From NCBI GenBank assembly GCA_040954595.2, contig CM082589.2, positions 1,466,009 through 1,530,008 on the forward strand: a DNA stretch of 64,000 nucleotides, given 5' to 3'. The notes beneath the pieces were generated by a model that was not told where the DNA came from, ran no database searches, and worked only from the letters and a program-made list of their open reading frames with translations. Shown here one piece after another: positions 43,932 to 55,920 of this stretch; the first letter of the stretch is position 1, and every line of letters begins with the position of its first letter. A program made the translations under genes and the position numbers. The stretch is from Balanoglossus misakiensis (lineage: Eukaryota > Animalia > Hemichordata).

Positions 43932-46900
43932 ATGAAGAATATGATTGGAAAAGATATTGGTGTGGAAGTTGTCAGTGATGACAGTTTGGTCAAAGATGTT
44001 GTGGCCAAAAAGATGGCCCTTCATACCCTAGAGGTAAGTGACGACGACCGTTAAAAATAGAACACTTTCATCAAATTTATTATCTGAATTGTCAAATGAG
44101 TTATGATGTCCATATGGTAGAAACTGAGAAAAAATTCCCTTGAGCAATTTGAGCTTTTATAAAAACCTTACGCGATGCTTGTTGAATCTGCATATCATTA
44201 ATCAGTTTCTAGCGTTTGATGTTTATTTTCCCCTTACTGAAATGCTAAATTTAAAGTCGCAGAATTCATCAAAGGTGCTCCTTTTTGTGGTTTGCAGGAC
44301 AAAGATGAAGCTTTCTTTGTGTTGGACCTTGGGGATATTGTACGAAAATATGAAAAATGGAGGGAACTGCTGCCTCGAGTGGAACCTTTTTATGGTAAGT
44401 TAACATATTGTCTATAAAATTTGAGAGTATTTGCAGAAAACTAGAAGAGTTGCTACTTTCTCTTGAAAATGTGTCATGTCACTTATTCTGATGTTTTCTT
44501 TTTTTGGTCAATAGCTGTGAAGTGCAATGAATCCCCTGCAGTACTTCAGGTCCTGGCTGGTTTGGGAACAGGATTTGATTGTGCCAGTAAAGTAAGTACA
44601 AAAGTTCGGGTTTATATTTAAAAATTACTACAGCACACTGGTGGAGTTGTTTTGAGTTTAATGAATAACTTTAGCCACTGCATTCACTATGCAGGATATT
44701 TATTAGGTGTTGTATATCACGCGACATACGGAAGATGTAAATTCCATTCCAAGCATGTCTGAAGGGCAGGAATCGCCCTGACCCAACTAAGCGGGATAGA
44801 CCTACATTTTATAAGTCAAGGCCATAAGCAAGTACATGTAAACAAATCAAATTGACCTGGGACCTATGAAAGTGTGCATTAGTGACATATGTTGCCAATC
44901 TTGCTAATAAATAGTGATCAATCTGTTCCTTAACTTTTGCGAAAACAGTTATTACATGTTTATAAAATTATCGTATTTTCTCTACAGAGTGAAATCCAAA
45001 CAATGATTGACATGGGAGTGGAACCATCTCGGATTGTGTATGCGAATCCCTGTAAGCCAAACTCCCATCTGAAGCTTGCTGCTCAGAAGGATGTCAGTTT
45101 GATGACGTTCGACAATGAAATGGAACTTCACAAGATAAAACGCATCTACCCTAATGCGAAGTAAGTGTTGTTGTCAACAAATAATTGACGTCGGATACCT
45201 TTGCAGAAGCGTGGCTCTTTCCAATTCTACAAACTCTGCAAGACACAAGATTTCTTTCCATTGATTGGATGGTTTTCCTTTCATTTTCCAGATTGGTGTT
45301 GCGCATCCTTACTGATGATTCCTCTGCCCAATGTCAGCTAGGATTGAAGTATGGATGCCACCCACACCATACGCCCCACCTACTCAAAGTTGCGAAAGAA
45401 CTTGGACTGAATGTCGTGGGTGTCAGGTAAGCACATTTCAGTATCAGTACAGCTTTGCTGGGGTTCATAGTAAATCTTGCAAAAGTTGAGACAATGGTCT
45501 TGTCCAAATATTGGCTTTTGTGCCGAAGGCCTGTTCACCATTGTCAGTCGATGATCACCTGTGTGTAATTTTCCATCACACCCAACTCACAAGTCTGGGT
45601 TTATATTTGACTAAAGTACATATGGTACGAGTTATATAACACTCTAAATGTGTTTCATAATTGTACTGGAAAATGTAATGTGTAATGGCTATGATGACAA
45701 CTTGCCCTCATTGATAAACTGGTGAAAATAACAGCACTAGATCCTCATAATATTCTGAGCCAAAAACTGAACTAAGATTGTGTCGTGTAGTGTTGCAGTA
45801 GCCAAGATATTGGAGGTTTCATTATTGATTGCTATCGTTTTGTATCTTGGGCAGCTTCCATGTTGGAAGTGGGTGTCGAGAGGCCACAGCTTTCTCTGAG
45901 GCAATCCAGAGTGCAAGGATGGTCTTTGACTACGGAGAACAGCTGGGTTTCAATTTTGAACTGTTGGACATTGGCGGTGGATATCCTGGTCAAGTATCGG
46001 CTTCAATCACATTTGAAGAGGTAAGATGGAATTGCAAATCGTTCACTCTAATTTTTGTGTTTGCTCGTTCAGTTAGGCAGAGCTGAAGTGGTGTAGTGTC
46101 GAGTTTTCACCATAAATTGCTCTGTTTTCAGATTTTCATAATGTTATTCTATATCATTGCAGATGGCAGTTTGCATAAACCAGGCCTTGGAAGAGTACTT
46201 TCCCAAAAGCTGTGGTGTTCGTATCATTGCTGAGCCAGGCCGCTACTTCGTAGCATCTGCGTTTACACTGACTGTAAACGTCATTGCTAAACGCACTGTT
46301 GCAAGAGACATCAAGACCTTTGATGTGCCTGGAGCAGAAGGTTGGTATTCAAAAATTACATCCTGCCTCGATGTTCCTCTAATCAAGCTTTCTTTTGTCA
46401 GCCAGACAGCAGATCACGTCCTTAAGGCAGATTGACGTGATGTTTGAGTGGAAACTGACATTGTAGATTGTACCGGTCAAATTTGAGCCGTTATGAAAAA
46501 GTGCATTCAGATATCGTGTCCTGTATTCTATTTCTGATCAAGACTGACGTTCACTTTTGTGTTCTTCTCAAAGATGTTAATTATTTATGTTCACCTTTTC
46601 TGGACTTCTATGAACATGCGTCATCAGGGTGTCAGACGCAATTTCCTCTTTATTCAGCACGGGTACTCGTGCTGTAAAATGAAATGCACAAAAGCCACGT
46701 TCGTCACTGGAAGGATGTTTAGATGTCAGTCTGAGGAATGTTTGTTTGCACTGAACTCAAAGGGCTATGGCAATCTTTGATACTGGTAATCGTAAAGACT
46801 CCATGGGCTGTATTAAAAATGAATATCCATTCTGTTACAGATTTAGTATCCAACACCGTGGCACCAAGTCAAAGTGATGAGCCTGCGTTTATGTACTACT

Positions 46901-47873
46901 GCAACGATGGAGTTTACGGTTCATTCAACTGTTTGCTGTTTGACCATGCTTCTGTGAAACCGTCTCTCATCAAGGTAAATATATCATCATAGGGTAATAT
47001 TCAGTTTGTCATGATGTAGGAGTTTACTCTGCATTACATCATTCGGTGTGCATTATTGCAGAAATTCTTTTCAAGAAATTGTGCATATTTTGTGAAGCCA
47101 TACTTGAGAAAATATGAATCTGTTTTAATTTCCAATATTCCCGACTGATTGCAGAAGGTGGATGCAGAAGCACCAAGATATTCCTCGAGTGTCTGGGGTC
47201 CTTCCTGTGATGGCTTGGATCGTATCATGGAACATTGTCTGCTGCCTGAACTTGATGTTGGTGATTGGATTGTATTTGAAGGTAAGCAGAGGACTCTCTT
47301 TATGCATGCAGTATGAAATGGCTATGATGACATCTTGCCCTCATTGATAAACTGGTGAAAATAACAGCACTAGATCCTCATATATTCTGAGCCAAAAGAT
47401 TGTGCCATGTAGTATGTACAATTCACACATGGCAGCTATTTTCATGGAAAAGGGTTCTCTCCATTATAATACAAGGTGCTCTTTTTCCATTTTCAGACAT
47501 GGGTGCCTACACCATGTGTGCTGCGTCCACCTTCAATGGGTTTCCAAAACCTATATGTTACATCATGGCCAACGAGTCAGTCTGGTAAGTGATAATTTAT
47601 CGATCAGCTTAACATTCTTTCAATGTCATTATGGTTATGTGCCAGAAAGACCCTTACCATATTAAGTCTTTACTTACCATCTGCCTTTTCCTTTGCAGGA
47701 CATTCCTGAAACAACTGTTACCGAAGGAAGACAGATTTCAACCCACCAACATGGACACTGAGATGGCTGCTGCCTGTCCTACCATGAAGAGCGGTTTGAA
47801 CCAATCATACGCCGCCTCTTGTGACCTCCCTCGAATGACAAAGACACCCATTCCTATTGGGCCAGATTTTTGA
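43932..47873 (+). CDS. odc1: Ornithine decarboxylase
   Basis: Coding exons 43932-44033, 44298-44394, 44515-44591, 44988-45160, 45292-45426, 45855-46020, 46163-46340, 46841-46974, 47155-47281, 47497-47584, 47699-47873. Motifs PFYAVKCN (PLP lysine), [54 protein letters not shown] (catalytic Cys), DMGAYT. AATAAA at 48135 and 48415. Confidence 0.97.
45686..45762 (+). ncRNA. Intronic C/D-box snoRNA, copy 1 (SNORD103/SNORD85-like, 18S rRNA guide)
   Basis: Terminal stem TGGCT...AGCCA, box C ATGATGA 45691-45697, D' TTGA 45711-45714, box D CTGA 45755-45758. ACTTGCCCTC before D' is complementary to 18S GAGGGCAAGU. Ends about 90 nt before the 3' splice site. Confidence 0.9.
47319..47394 (+). ncRNA. Intronic C/D-box snoRNA, copy 2
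   Basis: Near-identical to 45686-45762 (one substitution, one indel) with unrelated flanks; box C 47324-47330, D' 47344-47347, box D 47387-47390. Confidence 0.9.
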
Positions 47874-49641
47874 CAGCTCTTTAGAACTTAGAGGTTGAAC
47901 TTTGACCCATCTTTTTGAATATTTATAATGTACAACCTGTCATTACTGGGCATTAGATCATTTAATTTATTTCTGATAAGATGCATTTTAAAATTTCATC
48001 ACTACTTTGAGTTGGTATGGAATTAAGGGTTTGAAATTTTTTACCCAATTATATTTCAAATCGCAGTTGAAATCTCACTGAAAATACAAGGTATACATTG
48101 GAAGCTGTTTTCTTAATGATCATGAATTGGTTAAAATAAATTCGCACCGCATCGCGCAGAACTTTGGGTAAAATGATATCTATAGTTTTGTCAGAGTTCA
48201 TATAGTTGTGCAGTTACTGTACAACTGTTTGAAAAAGTGACATTTTAATCACTGATTATTATAGAAAAAAAAACATGGAAAATTTTAACATGAACCTCAT
48301 TACCTGGTACACTTCTTACTGTACCTTTCGATTCAATCAAAATCTACAAGCTTGTTCATGTAAATTTGTTGCTTTTGACTTTTAAAAGTCTTTGAGATTG
48401 CATATTGTCATGTCAATAAATAGTTTGAGCATGTTTCTCATAAAATTCAGTTTTACTTTTGTCCATTGGCATTATTGTAGTTCAAAGTTCAATCTACTCT
48501 GTTGGTTTATTTTAAGAAGTGGAATATCTCTTTATGATTAGGCATGCGATTGGGGAATGTCGTAAACATTACATTTTATTTGGGTGATCGATCACCTTCC
48601 TACTGAAATACGCTGACTTCATTTTTTTCAGCTGAAGTCGCAACCTGTATGATGGTATAAAGCAACTTTCATGGCAATTTCATGTGTGACCAAAAAGAAT
48701 ATTGACTTTGACCCTTTCAACTGCCATTCAAGCGAAAACAAGCTGCTATGATTCTGTAAAGAGTTTTGAGCTTTTTAAAAGAAGCAACAGAATACAGCTG
48801 TACAAGTTATTGGCATTATATGGTACATAACATTTTCATTGCTGACATAGTAACTGTAATGGATTACTCCTGAAACTTCCATTTCAAGAATTTCTCAATG
48901 CTTGTTCATTATGTTGACATTCGTGGCAATTAAAACAAAAGTTACTCTTGTATACTTTGCTGTTGAAGTTTCTTCATTACATACACAACGCAGGGGTTGA
49001 GCACGAAATACCAGCCATATATTTGAGGGTGGGGATGAGTTTGTACACAGTAATTCAACTGTACAGTTTATCAAGAAATTTAATTACAGGTAGATAGAAT
49101 GCTTTCATAGGGCAATGTTGCATGAGTATATTTAGACTTGAAAATTACAAGAGTTATTTCTGGTACAATTTTATGCCACATAAAGCTTGCCTACCTGCAA
49201 ATCTGCAAACTTGATTGAAAGGTTCAAGGCAATAAACCCTGCGCCAATAACAACGTGATTACAAACCATTTTCTCGGTTGGGTGGTTGGCGGCGCTCGTT
49301 CACAAACCATAGGCGGAGCGATTTTATGACGTTTGTTGGTAAAATTGACATATCATGAATTGAGGTAAAATGCACTATTCACTTAAATAAATTCAGTAAT
49401 TGGAGTTGCAAAAAGGTGAAATTAAGGCGTCCATTTGACAAAATTTTCTTTCAGAATGATCGATGCCATCTTACAGAGCGAAACAAGTTGGACTACTTTT
49501 TTCACACTTAGTGCATGGATACTAGTATTTGAGTGGTGAAGTTACTGTTGATTCCGGCGAAATCATAATCTATTGCATCGCGTGCCATTTCCACTGTTTG
49601 TATCCCTTTCCCCTGAAAAGTACAAAATCAACGACACCAAT

Positions 49642-52055
49642 ATGGAAGACACAAAGGTTCTCGACCTCCTGTATAAAGAGAAAGAAGAGTGCGACAAAGC
49701 TGGTCTGACAAATGCGTCGAAGCTGGTTAACGAAGGTGAGCAAAAACAATCAACATGGCTTCTTTTGTCTGAGATTGTCATGTGTCATGTTATCACTTCG
49801 AAATAATTCATTTGTACACGCCGTATAGCTTTGAAACACAAGGAAGTGATCCTTCTTACTCGGTTACTGCGTTGGTTTATGTACATGAAGAGAACGCTTT
49901 GCAAATTCTGTGCAAATCCCCGTTTAAATAAATAACTCGAAGACGCGAACCGAAAAAGAAAATGGCGGACACAAGATGGCGGCCCACGTGTCAACAAAAC
50001 CCTTGTCTATTTCAGGCTACATCACACGAGTCCTGATCGTCGAGAATATTACACCAGAGCCTGTTTAATATTTGTTTTGCTCAACCCTTGAATTGTATTC
50101 ACAGAGATGAAGAAGATACAAGATTCAAAGGACCCTGAGAAAATGAAATCAAAGTTTTTGGAACTGACCAAAGATAAACCATTGAAATTAGTTGAAAAGA
50201 TCGTGGTTCCTGTCAGAGATCATCCAAAGGTAAGTCTGAAACTAGACAATTGACTGTTTTTAATCCTTTTACTCCATTTCCCTCTGTAGAGGTCCAACAT
50301 TACTATAAAAACAATGGATTTGGACCAAGCCAAATAAAGTAATAACTAAATATCCTCTTTTGCAGTTTAATTTTGTTGGGAAGATCCTTGGTCCAAGAGG
50401 TAACTCGCTGAAGCGATTGCAGGAAGATACAGGAACTAGAATTACCATCTTAGGAAAGGGGTCAATGAGGGACAAGAACAAGGTAAGTATCTTCTTTGAT
50501 TCAAGAGTCTAATCTGGACAGTTTGCAGATTTGTTAGTAAACAGATATGGGTTCTGGCAGTGTTTGTACAACTTTCTTTTTGACACTTAGGAAGAAGAAC
50601 TGAGGAAAGAAAATTCGTCCAAATATGCTCATTTGCATGATGATTTACATGTGATGGTTGAAGTATATGCGTTGCCTGGAGAAGCACATACCAGAATGGG
50701 ATATGCACTTGATGAAATCAAGAAGTATCTTGTCCCAGTAAGTATATGTTTTTGATATGCAATTTCCCACAGAAGCAGTATAACATTTCCCTCCTTAGAG
50801 GCCCATCCAGAATATTGTCTTCAAATCCATCCACAAATAATTAAATTATGTGTCCAAATTTCAAGGTGTAAACAGTGATTTATAATGTTTAATGTCTTTA
50901 CAGGATAATAATGATGATATCAGACAAGAACAGTTGAGGGAACTTGCTGTGATCAATGGGACCTTGGATGCGCCCCCAAGTGGTCGAGGTCGAGGAATGG
51001 GAGGTCCGGGTGGTCAGGGAGTTCGTGGACGAGGAGGAATGATGGGTCGTGGGGGGATGCAAGGACAGAGAGGAGGGATGGGGATGAGAGGGGGGCAGTC
51101 TGGTCGTGGGGGATCAATGGGAGGGAGAGGAGGGATGGGAATGGGAGGAGGAGGGGGTGGTGGTATGGGAATGGGGGGTGGCGGTGGTGGAATGGGAGGG
51201 GGAGGAGGTGGTATGGGGGGTGGGGGTAACATGGGAATGGGAGGACAGCGAGGAGGTCAACAGTATGATAACACTGGTGGAGCCAGGCAGTCTCAGATGA
51301 TGGAACAAGAATCCTATGTAAGTATCGTGGCAAGTGTTCCGCAGCCAGTTTCTTCATCTTGCATATGGAACTTTTTACAACCAATTCATATGTTGAACCT
51401 GTTGGTGTATCGCTTTATGTTTTTATCAATGAGGACTGATAGGGTTTTCTATTCCAGGGATATGATGAATCTTACGGTAACCAGGGTTACGGGCAGTCAT
51501 ATGATCAGTCGTATGGAGATAACAGTGGGTAAGTAATGAATTACTCTTGTATGAGTAATTACAAAATTGATCACCATTGAAATTTCAACAATTTTGGACA
51601 TTTCTTCAGTGTTTGCATTCTGAGATAATTATGTCCGATGCATTTAATTTGTCGCTGTTGCAGTACGGGTGAAGGTTATTATGAAGACTACAGTTCAGCT
51701 GGTGGTGATGATAGCTCAGGATTTGGGACTGGTGGCTATGGTAAGGAAACTGCATAACTATTTCAGAATCGGTGTTATTTATTTTAGCTGCATACATGAA
51801 TGAATAGATCCCAGATAATACAGACCTAACATGCATACCAAGAAACAGTCGTAAGTTTATTTCTGTTTGATTGACAAGTAAGAACACTGGAATGAATGAT
51901 TTGATTGATTGATTGTTGCAGGTGGTGGCAACAACCAGGGCTGGGGTACTGGAGCAGCAGCCGGGGGTGGCGGTGGTGGTGGTGGTGGACCCTCTCGTTT
52001 CAAATCACCAGGCATGAAACATGGAGTGGGAAGGAGCCACCCCTACCGATTCTAA
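49642..52055 (+). CDS. khdrbs: KH domain RNA-binding STAR protein (KHDRBS/Sam68/SLM family)
   Basis: Exons 49642-49735, 50105-50229, 50366-50482, 50591-50737, 50904-51317, 51458-51528, 51664-51740, 51922-52055. Qua1-like N-terminus, KH motif [61 protein letters not shown]/Gly-Met region, Tyr-rich tail and C-terminal RSHPYRF* (PY-NLS type). Confidence 0.95.
49961..49983 (+). promoter_or_regulatory. Tandem YY1-like motifs in khdrbs intron 1
   Basis: aaaATGGCGGac and caagATGGCGGc within 25 bp in a CpG-rich first intron. Confidence 0.4.
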
Positions 52056-54352
52056 AGTAAGCTGAAATGTTTTTTTTTTACAAAAAAAAACATACAACTG
52101 CCTACAGAACTAGGATACCGATACACCCAACAGAAATTGCCATCATCATCCCTCCATAACACTTCATGAACTTTAAAGCTTGTCGATTTCCCTGGCATTG
52201 TGTAATTTCCCTTAACGAGAAGACATAAAATAAGGCTGAAAATATAAAAAAAATACTTAAGACCATCCATAATAGTGACTGAGATTTTAGTACCGTCATA
52301 AAAACCATGGAGTAGGCATGTCTGAAAGAAACCACTTGGATTATGTTTTAACTTAATGTTGAAAGTTGATATATTGTAGTACTGAGAGAAATAAGTGACC
52401 AGAAATTTTATATGTATTTTTTATGAAAGAAAGTTTGTTTCCAATTTTGTAGGGTTTAATAGTTACCACGTTTTAGTGTAATGCTGAACTTGTCTCTCAA
52501 AGTAAATCCATGAACTGACCTTAAAGTATATTTGTAAACTTTTATAACTGTTGTTAATTAATACTTACCACTGATGTGTATAATCTTATTTCTCATTCAG
52601 GTTAAAAGTGTTCTAGCCAAGAATATGAACATTATAAAATCTTAAATATTATACAGGTGTAAGCGATACGGTAAACATTACATGTGATAGTGATATCTAG
52701 TAATAGTAGTGAAATTAGTTCATATATATTTGCTAGTCCATTCTTAACTTTATTGTTGACTGACTATATTGTGTGCAACTTAAAGATGATGTCAGATTTA
52801 CATAATCGCTAAGTTCATAAACCTTGTATATCCAGGCAGTCTCCTTGATTGTCACTGTTTAGGTATTCCATGTCAAAATGTAGTCATTTAAACATAATTT
52901 GCTAAATGTGTTTAGAAATGTAACAACAGGAAATAATGTCTGCGTGAACTCGAGTTGTATAAAGGATAGGCCTAACAGAACGTGAAACTGCCACACAGTT
53001 ATAATGTGCATATTTTATGTGTTATATAATTTGCTTTTGCATGGGACTGGAATAAAGACAGTGCTTTGCACCTTTTTGCCATGATGTTGATTTTAGAATA
53101 TATAATTCATTTTACAATTGCCTTTTCACATTTTAAGGTGGGTTCTCTATCCTGTTATAACGACCCTAGAATCTTGTCCTTTGCATCTGACTAGACAAAG
53201 TTTTTTTAGCTTCTGAGGATGAATGTTTTGATATAAATAAATGACATGTTATATTGTATTATGTAAACAATGGGTGATGTTTGCTCTTTGATATATTTTT
53301 GGGGGTTGGGGTTACCAGTCTTTGACCTTGTGGGATTCCATTGAATTGATTCAAAATGTTACTCGAACGCCTTTTGTTCTCATGTGGTCTGGTTTCAAAT
53401 TTGGCATGAGTAGCTCCAAAAAAATTAATGATCTGTAACATTTTACAAAGGCTTGTTGTTACAGTCATAATGCTTTTAATGTATGTATACATCTTGCAGT
53501 GCTTTGTAACCACCAAAGCACTTCACAATTCCGTTTTAGAAGTAAAAATCAAAGATAACCACTACAGCACTGTGCCATGAACATTGCTAGTTCGTACATT
53601 CTTTCTAACCTTGCAATATGAAAGAAGTTACATAGTAGAAACCATTCTTGATATGCATTAACATAGCCTTTTGCATCATCTGAAATATCCAATAGACAGG
53701 CTGAATTAAAAAGGTGTAAACCTGTAATGAGATGCATAATATGGCACAGAAATGTGTACATGTGTGCTTTTACTATAAGTGGTGTTTGTTATGTAGTAAT
53801 ATGTAGATGGACATGAACTGAATATGCTGCTTTTTAAAGTGCATTAAACCTGTTAATATGGATGCTGTAACCCAATGATGATCTTAATACGCCCAAGAAG
53901 CTTTGCCCACAAGGCTATAAGATGTCCTTTAAACCACAGCTATGTACAAGAAGAAATAAATGGACTTTAAATATACAGCAGTTACATATTCAGGTTACAG
54001 ACATTTTAAAAAATTCATGAGGCCAGGTACCAGGTATAACTACTGAAAGGTAATGTACTCTTTTATAATGGTATTTTTCATTTAAACATAGTGTCGCATG
54101 TAATGTCAGATATGAACAATAATATTTTCCCCTATGATACATGTTATTTTTAATTGTGTACGGTACTTCACAAGCATAACCTAGGAAAAATAATTTCATC
54201 TTAGCAAAATTGCTTATCCAAATTCAGATTTAATTATCGTCCATCTTAAATATAAATTGAAGTTTTTGCTCAGGAAAGTAATTTCTATTCATTAAAAACT
54301 TGAATTTTGACAATAATGCTATTGGAAAGCCAATCACACCTGATTGTAAACA

Positions 54353-54443
54353 TAACCCTTTCACCACCATACTTTGATACGACCACATTGTTTTCAATGG
54401 TTGGGTTGTACCATTATGAATATATTGGGGATGAAAGGGTTAA
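54353..54443. mobile_element. ~90-bp MITE, piggyBac-like termini (copy 2)
   Basis: taaccctttcacc ... gatgaaagggttaa terminal inverted repeats; homologous to 19786-19878 in the opposite orientation. Confidence 0.7.
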
Positions 54444-54883
54444 TGAGAAGGGGATATAATTTGGATGTATGTGTGACAGATTGTATTTTTGACAGTGGAT
54501 TTGTGAAAAATCTTATGACATTTTGAATGACGAGAGTTTTCATCATTGCATTATTTCCATCTCACTATTGTGGTCTTTTATGTTACTGTTGTTGTCTTTG
54601 ATTCATATTCATGTAATATGTTGGATCATTTCAACTACACTTGCAAGTTGAAACGGAAACTATTTGCAACGAACTGTGGAAACCATAGATGCAAGATGTG
54701 TCCAAAAATGGCCTCAGATTCTGTTCAGATATTGTTCTCATAATTTAGTTCACAATGTCCTCCAAACCAAAGAATACCACAGGCAGTAAAAAAATACAAG
54801 ACTGATGGTGTTTTCTTCCGTTTCATCCCGGGTACAATCAAGGGTCAGTTTTATAAACTGCTAACTTGTCCGTTTTTCTCTAG

Positions 54884-55920
54884 GTAACCAGTGAAGGAAT
54901 ACAAGTGACCTGCCTTGGAGTGCACCACATGTTATTCATCAAAACCATTGACAAAGAATTATGAACCTACAGGTATGCTAAGCAGGGAAATCCTGTTCTC
55001 TCTCCTATCACTTGTATTTGTATCCTGCTGGATTGAAATGTGATTATTCATAACTTGGAAAAACGTAGGCTATTATTCAAAATGTGATATTGTCTTGTTT
55101 TCAAAATGGCTGGCGTTTTGAATACTTGATAGTGATGTTATATGGTGGCCATTTTGTTACAGGACCACCAGGCTAGGTTGCAAGACCACTGGATTTACAA
55201 CGATACTGGTCCTTGCCATCATGAGGAGGAACTAATGTACTCACTCCTGGACTTGCACAGGTAGATAAAATTTAAGTTCTATTGCAGAAATATTTTCTGG
55301 TGAAAAAACCTTCACATCCTGAACAAAGATGCCAGGATACGATCCATTTTTAAATCACACTCACCTTGTCACATTTTCTTCCTTTACAGGGTAAAAGTGA
55401 TCAGCCATGTTAGGTATGGTGGATTATAGCTTGCCACGAACCATTGGTACAAGATCCAGTCACATCAGCTGTGATGACTCTATTGGTTTTTACGAATGTA
55501 GATTACCAGGATTTTGCCTAAGGACTTCATGCTTGTACAATTTGTAAAGGTCAGCGAAACAAGGGAGTGTTTTATTAAAAGATTTCCTGAAAAGTGTTTG
55601 AATGTACATTGAAGCACAATTATGTAAAGCGATCAGTATGTGAAGTTTTAAAATGAGACCCCAAAGGCTGTTGATTTTAATGTGTACATATATCTTCAAA
55701 TGATGGATCTTTTGTAAGTGGTACAAGTCTTGTAACTTGCAGATATTTTATTTGTTAAAATGAGACTGAGACATTTTATTGCCATGAAATTTTGTTATGT
55801 AACCTTTCTTGCAAAATGTCAGTTCAAACACTATGTTGTCACGTTTTTAGGGATATTTGATTATCATAATTCATATTTTAACTAGTGAGATGTATATGTG
55901 CAATTTGATTTTGTAATAAA
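54884..55920 (+). other. Probable non-coding spliced exons downstream of the khdrbs stop codon
   Basis: Exon-like units 54884-54972 (ctaac branch point, ttttctctag acceptor, CAG|gtatgc donor), 55163-55260 (ttttgttacag, CAG|gtagat) and 55390 onward (ttttcttcctttacag) to AATAAA at 55915. Confidence 0.6.

Noticed and set aside
46400-46445. Resemblance to U8 snoRNA (GCAGAUU loop followed by a C-like box)
   Set aside because: Box C is imperfect, the U8 5' end is not matched and the length does not fit; kept only as an unassigned structured element.
43932-47873. Calling the gene antizyme inhibitor (AZIN1) because it carries a uCC
   Set aside because: PLP lysine, catalytic cysteine and GFDCASK are intact, so active ODC is the better call.
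51014-51232. Polyproline ORF on the minus strand
   Set aside because: Antisense shadow of the glycine-rich khdrbs exon.
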